26,095 bases of DNA from positions 673,947 to 700,041 of the forward strand of contig CP054849.1 in the NCBI GenBank assembly GCA_044358425.1, read 5' to 3'. This document shows positions 25,204 through 26,095 of the stretch, one piece after another; the stretch's first letter is position 1, and every line of letters begins with the position of its first letter. Below the pieces are notes generated by a model, which had not been told where the DNA came from, ran no database searches, and saw only the letters and a program-made list of their open reading frames with translations. The translations under genes and the position numbers were made by a program. Source of the stretch: Marine Group I thaumarchaeote. GTDB taxonomy: Archaea > Thermoproteota > Nitrososphaeria > Nitrososphaerales > Nitrosopumilaceae.

Positions 25204-25362
25204 ATGGATTTACATTTTCTAAATGAATTAAAAAAAGAGGATAAGGAATTACGAAGAGAACAAAATAAAAGATATCGTGAAAAATATAGAGAAATTCTAA
25301 ATTTAAAAAAACAACTTGTATACCATAGAGAAAATTTTGAAAAAAAACGTGTAAAAAAGTAA
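25204..25362 (+). CDS. 52-aa highly basic helical microprotein (not in ORF track)
   Basis: MDLHFLNELKKEDKELRREQNKRYREKYREILNLKKQLVYHRENFEKKRVKK; TTTTAATA about 30 nt upstream. Confidence 0.6.
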   Translation: MDLHFLNELKKEDKELRREQNKRYREKYREILNLKKQLVYHRENFEKKRVKK

Positions 25363-25439
25363 ATTTTTAAGCGCATTTTTTTATTTAAAATAAAAACAAT
25401 TACAAGAAATTATTAAGTTCTGAAAGTATATCAAAATAC

Positions 25440-26095
25440 TTGACTAGTTCTGTATGGCATCCAAATACCCAGATGAAAGAATGGGGCACTTTTGATACAA
25501 TATCAAAAGGTAAAGGAATATGGCTAATTGATTCCAAAGGCAATAAAATAATTGATGCAGTAGGATCAATGTGGTGCAATGTATGGGGACATTCAAACCC
25601 AGAATTAGTCAAAGCAATTACAAATCAGAGTAAAAAAATTCAGCATTCATCAATGTTTAATCTTACAAATGAGCCTGTTGAAAAATTGGCAAAAAATCTG
25701 ATAAGAATTTCTCCGGGAATGAATAAGGTGTTTTATTCAGATAACGGCTCATCTGCAATGGAAATAGCCATAAAAATTGCATTGCAATATTGGAAAAACA
25801 TAGGAGAATCAAAAAAAACACAGATTGCAACTATTGAAAACGGATATCATGGAGATACCTTTGGAGCAATGTCAGTTGGATATGTTCCGGAATTTTTTGG
25901 TAAATTTAAAAAACAATTATTTTCAACTATACAATTTCCAGTTCCCAACAAGTACAGAATTCCTAAAGGATTGACATTAACTGATTATCAAAATGATTGT
26001 TTAGAAAAAATGGAAAAAAGATTTTCTAAAAACAACAACATTGCTGCATTCATAATGGAAAGTGGTGCACAGATGGCAGGTGGAGTGATAATCTA
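25440..26095 (+). CDS. bioA: adenosylmethionine-8-amino-7-oxononanoate aminotransferase (3' truncated by window edge)
   Basis: TTG start with TATTAAG at -29; VWHPNTQM; DAVGSMWCNVWGH; VFYSDNGSSAMEIAIKIALQYW; GYHGDTFGAMSVG; close to bioD. Confidence 0.93.
   Translation, partial: MTSSVWHPNTQMKEWGTFDTISKGKGIWLIDSKGNKIIDAVGSMWCNVWGHSNPELVKAITNQSKKIQHSSMFNLTNEPVEKLAKNLIRISPGMNKVFYSDNGSSAMEIAIKIALQYWKNIGESKKTQIATIENGYHGDTFGAMSVGYVPEFFGKFKKQLFSTIQFPVPNKYRIPKGLTLTDYQNDCLEKMEKRFSKNNNIAAFIMESGAQMAGGVII

Noticed and set aside
23919-25612. Track ORFs 23919..24158, 25176..25376 and 25400..25612 (minus strand)
   Set aside because: Antisense shadows of bioD, the 25204..25362 ORF and bioA. The Cys richness of 23919..24158 comes from ACA/GCA triplets of bioD, with no coupling or promoter.
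1-26095. Intact provirus, IS element, CRISPR array or defence island
   Set aside because: No integrase, transposase, capsid or cas gene, no regularly spaced repeats and no second att copy found by eye; the Hjc-like nuclease and the methyltransferase-like gene lack restriction-modification motifs such as DPPY/NPPY or PC.

Overview
AT-rich chromosomal segment of an archaeon, most likely an ammonia-oxidising Nitrosopumilaceae (Thaumarchaeota/Nitrososphaeria) member. This is inferred from the archaeal type II GAPDH, an Hjc-like resolvase, an SCP2-type thiolase with DUF35 partner, stand-alone Lrp/AsnC ligand-binding domains, and TATA boxes about 27-31 nt before many start codons. Recognisable genes are a class III adenylate cyclase, threonine ammonia-lyase (ilvA), purK, a nucleotidyltransferase, an LLM oxidoreductase-thiolase-DUF35 operon, thrC, a CNNM/CorC protein, gap, a DsbA-like protein, HMG-CoA synthase, a winged-HTH regulator, bioD and a truncated bioA. 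Hand translation of the apparent intergenic gaps gave 14 ORFs under 60 aa that are missing from the supplied track, and 8 of them carry Cys/His metal-binding patterns. They include a three-gene microprotein operon (1538-1857), two convergent metallothionein-like peptides (16186-16405) and a Zn ribbon coupled to the cyclase. The window opens with a tRNA 3' end followed by a virus-like cassette: a Zn finger, a ribbon-helix-helix protein and a possible phi29-type ssDNA-binding protein. No integrase, transposase, CRISPR array or rRNA was seen. All family assignments come from motif recognition by eye, not from database searches.
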